64,000 nt of DNA from the human T2T-CHM13v2.0 reference genome, Homo sapiens. A program made the translations under genes and the position numbers. Below the pieces are notes generated by a model that saw only the letters and a program-made list of their open reading frames with translations, was not told where the DNA came from and made no database searches. Location: NCBI RefSeq assembly GCF_009914755.1, contig NC_060942.1. One strand, 5' to 3'. Shown piece by piece: positions 60,603 through 64,000 of the stretch; the stretch's first letter is position 1; each line of letters begins with the position of its first letter.

Positions 60603-61524
60603 ATAGATTTACTATGCAATTCAATTTAAGTATTCAAAGAAAAATATTCAAAGAAAGGTATAGATGGCTAATAGACTTGGCCCTCTCAGCTAGTCCCCTG
60701 TTTCTCCCCTCCTCCCAGGGGACCTTTGTAATACTTACACATGTGCATGGATAAATTGCAGTTATGACGTGTAATTCATATCTTGCTGTTTTTCACTTAG
60801 CATGGTATTACAGGATTTTTTCCATTTTGCTCCATGATCTTATTATTTTTAATAATTGCATAATAGTTCATTGAGCGGATGTGCCCTGCTTTTCTAAACC
60901 GTTCCCATATTATTAGACATTAGATTGTTTCTATAGTTTCTACTATTAGAAGTAACCTTGCAACGGTTGGCTTCCTTTGCGGAGCCTTTCCCTTCTTTTG
61001 AATTATTTCCTTATAATACATTTCCAGAAGTGAAATTATAGGGCGAAGTAGGGTCTAAACTTCTGGATGGCTCTTGACATTGCAGCTAACTGCCTTCTGT
61101 AAGGTGGGTGTACCAGAATTTAGCTCCGCCAGCCATGAGTGAGGGGACTGGTGTTACCATGTAAGTAACATCAGCCTTTCTTTGCAGTATTTCATGTTTA
61201 AATATTATTATATGTACACATAAAATAAGGCTACCAAGCATTGGGCACAAATACTTGCCCCATTTTTTTTCTGACAGGCTCAGCTATTGCTTTTAATTGC
61301 AAATGAGCAGATTTATTTCTAGGAGTGCATCACTCATGGAATTTGAGGTCTGTCTGCCCTTTGATAGCAGGACTCTTGGCCTGCCAAATAGCTTAACATT
61401 TTGTCTGAAAAAAAGACAGGTTATTTTCGCCAATTGCTTTTGGGATTGTTATTCAGGTGTAAGAATAACATTCAGGGTGTTAACGTTTCTTTAATGTGGG
61501 TTGTTGAAAAAGAGTCAGTGAGTC

Positions 61525-61830
61525 ACCAGGTGTGGTAGCTCGTGCCTGTGATCCCAGCACTTTGGGAGGCTGAGGCAGGTGGATCCCTTGAGCTCAGGAG
61601 TTTGAGAACAGCCTAGGCAACATGGTGAAACCCCATCTTTACAAAAAATACAAAAATTAGCTGGGCATGGTGGCACATGCTTGTGGTCCCAGTTATTCGA
61701 GAGGCTGAGATGGGAGGATCTCTTCAGCCCAGGAGGTGGAGGTTGCAGTGAGCCAAGATCACACCCAGTGCACTCCAGCCTGGATGACAGAGCAAGACCC
61801 TGTCTCAAAAATAAAAAATAAAATAAAAAA
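61525..61830 (+). mobile_element. Alu (AluJ-like)
   Basis: Alu consensus; TSD aaagagtca. Confidence 0.92.
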
Positions 61831-62142
61831 GAGAAAGAGTCATGAGACTTTTGAATGGCTACAGAACACTTTGATTTATTTTTGCGAAGAACTGTCAGTG
61901 ACAGTTTGAATAGGGTCATTCTGGAGGTGGTTCTCTTTGAGCTCCAACTGTGTTCCGACTGCTTCTGCCCCTGCCTGGTGATGGGGTAACTTGCTTGGGC
62001 TGAAGGATAGAATGAGGAGAATAAATTAGATCCAAGCCTCTTAACCTTAACAATAATAATTAGATAACAAGAGTAGCTTATACTGACATAATCTTTACTG
62101 TTCTCAGACACTGTTACAAGGGCTTTACATATATTAGCCAAT

Positions 62143-62416
62143 TCTTTTTTTTTTTTTTTTTGAGATGGAGTTTCACTTTTGTTGCCCAGACTGGAGTGCA
62201 ATGGTGCAATCTCGGCTCACTGCAACCTGCCTCAGCCTTCTGAGTAGCTGGGATTACAAGCATGCTCCACCTTGCTCGGCTAATTTTTTTGTGTCAGTAG
62301 AGATGAGGTTTCACCATGTTGGTCAGGCTGGTCTCAAACTCCTGACCTAAGGTGATCCACCTGCCTCGGCCTCTCTAAAGTGCTGGGATTGCAGGCGTGG
62401 GCCACCGCGCCTGGCC
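62143..62416 (-). mobile_element. Alu inserted in a MIR remnant
   Basis: Reverse Alu; TSD tagccaatt; MIR-like flanks (ggaaactgaggcaca). Confidence 0.9.
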
Positions 62417-63114
62417 TAGCCAATTTAATTCTTGCAATAATCTTATGGCATAGGTGCCTCTTTTTATCCCACTTTATAGGTGTGGAAACTGAGGCACACA
62501 AAGCTGTATGTCAGGCTTCTGGTTTACCTCTCCCACATGGTCTGTTCACTCTTTTGCTTCATCCTTCTGTTTTTCAGCTGGCTTTTCTTCTGAACAGGCC
62601 AGGTGACCACCTCTCTTCATCCGCCCTGCCTCCCATTTTGAACATCCTTCTCTCGCCAATAACAATAGCTTCCCTTTACGGAATGTTTAACATGGCAAGG
62701 CACCTTGCCTTCGCTTTTACAAACGTTAGCTCATTTAATTGTCGCAACCATCCCTGAGGTGGGAAATGTGAGGACCCAGGCACAGAGGAGGCTCAGGGGG
62801 GACTGCACTCAGCAGGGGACTGAATCAGGACAGGACTTGAGAGTCCAAGCTGCTTCCCCTCCTTCTCATACTCCTGTGTGGGCTGCCTTTGGTTCCTTGC
62901 CCAGGAGTCCTTGCCCTCTGCTATTCCTTTTCTGACTCTTGGTCTACCTTCCTGTCTCAGCCACTCATTTGTTGTTCATGATAAGCAGCCAACAGTCGAC
63001 TTTCTAATGTGTATGGATCCTGGCTCCCCACAAAGCCTGGGAGCTCCTGGGGCAGTTGACTATCTTTCAGGCTCCTGATCTAGTGTCTGGCTGTCAGTTG
63101 TTGCTTTGCCAATG

Positions 63115-63435
63115 TTTCTTTTTTTCTTCTCTTTCTTTCTTTTTTTTTTTTTAATTTTTACTTTTTAGAGACAGGGTCTTGCTCTGTCCCTTAGGCTGGA
63201 GTGCAGTGATGCAATCGTAGCTCACTGCAGCCTTCATCACCTAGACTCAAGCAATCCTTCCATCTCGGCTCCCCAAATAGCTGGGACTACATGCCCAGCT
63301 AACTTTTGTATTTTTTGTAGAGACGGGGTCTCCCAATGTTGCCCAGGCTGGTCTCAAATTCCTGGGCTTAAGTAATCCTCCCTCCTCGGCTTCCCAAAGT
63401 GTTGGGATTAAAGGCCCGAGCCACCGTGCCCAGCC
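63115..63435 (-). mobile_element. Alu (AluJ-like)
   Basis: Reverse Alu consensus. Confidence 0.9.
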
Positions 63436-64000
63436 TGCTTATGCTTCTTGTTGCTGGCTGTGGTGGTGGTGACAGATCCCTCTGCTGTCTTGGCACTTCC
63501 CTGCCATTTGAGATGGGCTATTTCCTGGGCCAGTTCAGGAACCCTCTCCATTTCAGAAAATAACACTTGTTGCGGTGAAGTCAGATTTAGTCAGAGGCAT
63601 ATGCTGATGTGCCTGTTTTCGAATAAGAAAATCAATGCAAAGTTGGACGTGAGATGTATCATTATAAGGAAGCTCACTCTAATAGTTCCTTTCTAAATAA
63701 ATAATTCTTTTGTAATTGAATATCATCCTTTTGCTTATTTCTTTGAGGGTTAAATCTGGATCCACACTGGATTTGCTTCTGGTGGAGTCTCTGGAATTAA
63801 GGGCTAAAGTTAATCACTATGTTTATAAGTATAACCAAGTTTATGGCATTCAGTTTGTTGGACAGGATTATTTTAGCTTTTTCAGAATTGCCACAAGAAT
63901 CCATCTGAAGCTTTAGACATCTCACTGATTTTTGTGAAATTTGCTTTTTAATGCACCTAAAACCCTCAGTTTAAGTCTTTACATTTGTGTTATATAAACA

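Overview
Primate (almost certainly human) genomic DNA containing the GATA6 locus. No prokaryotic-type system, CRISPR array or new protein-coding gene is supported. Bases 1 to about 27 kb are repeat-rich intergenic DNA (roughly 30 Alu copies plus MLT1 LTR, L1, L2, MIR and MER82 fragments). About 30-37.5 kb is a CpG-island complex holding the divergent lncRNA GATA6-AS1 (- strand), the GATA6 non-coding exon 1 and coding exon 2. Coding exons 3-6 follow on the + strand (two C4 GATA zinc fingers and the basic region). The last coding exon is not seen and should lie beyond the window, so 48.1-64 kb is intron 6. The introns carry a U6 snRNA retrocopy, a MADE1 MITE, a (TG)20 repeat and more Alus. The best second-look items are regulatory. 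They are dense GATA-site clusters suggesting autoregulation (intron 1, AS1 intron, and an AP-1 plus palindromic GATA module in intron 6), uORFs formed by splicing that could tie promoter choice to the long/short GATA6 ratio, a fold-back repeat before exon 2, a stop-free exon 4-6 circRNA possibility, and a tailless Alu with an intact TSD. All coordinates were read by eye. Repeat boundaries and subfamily names are approximate.
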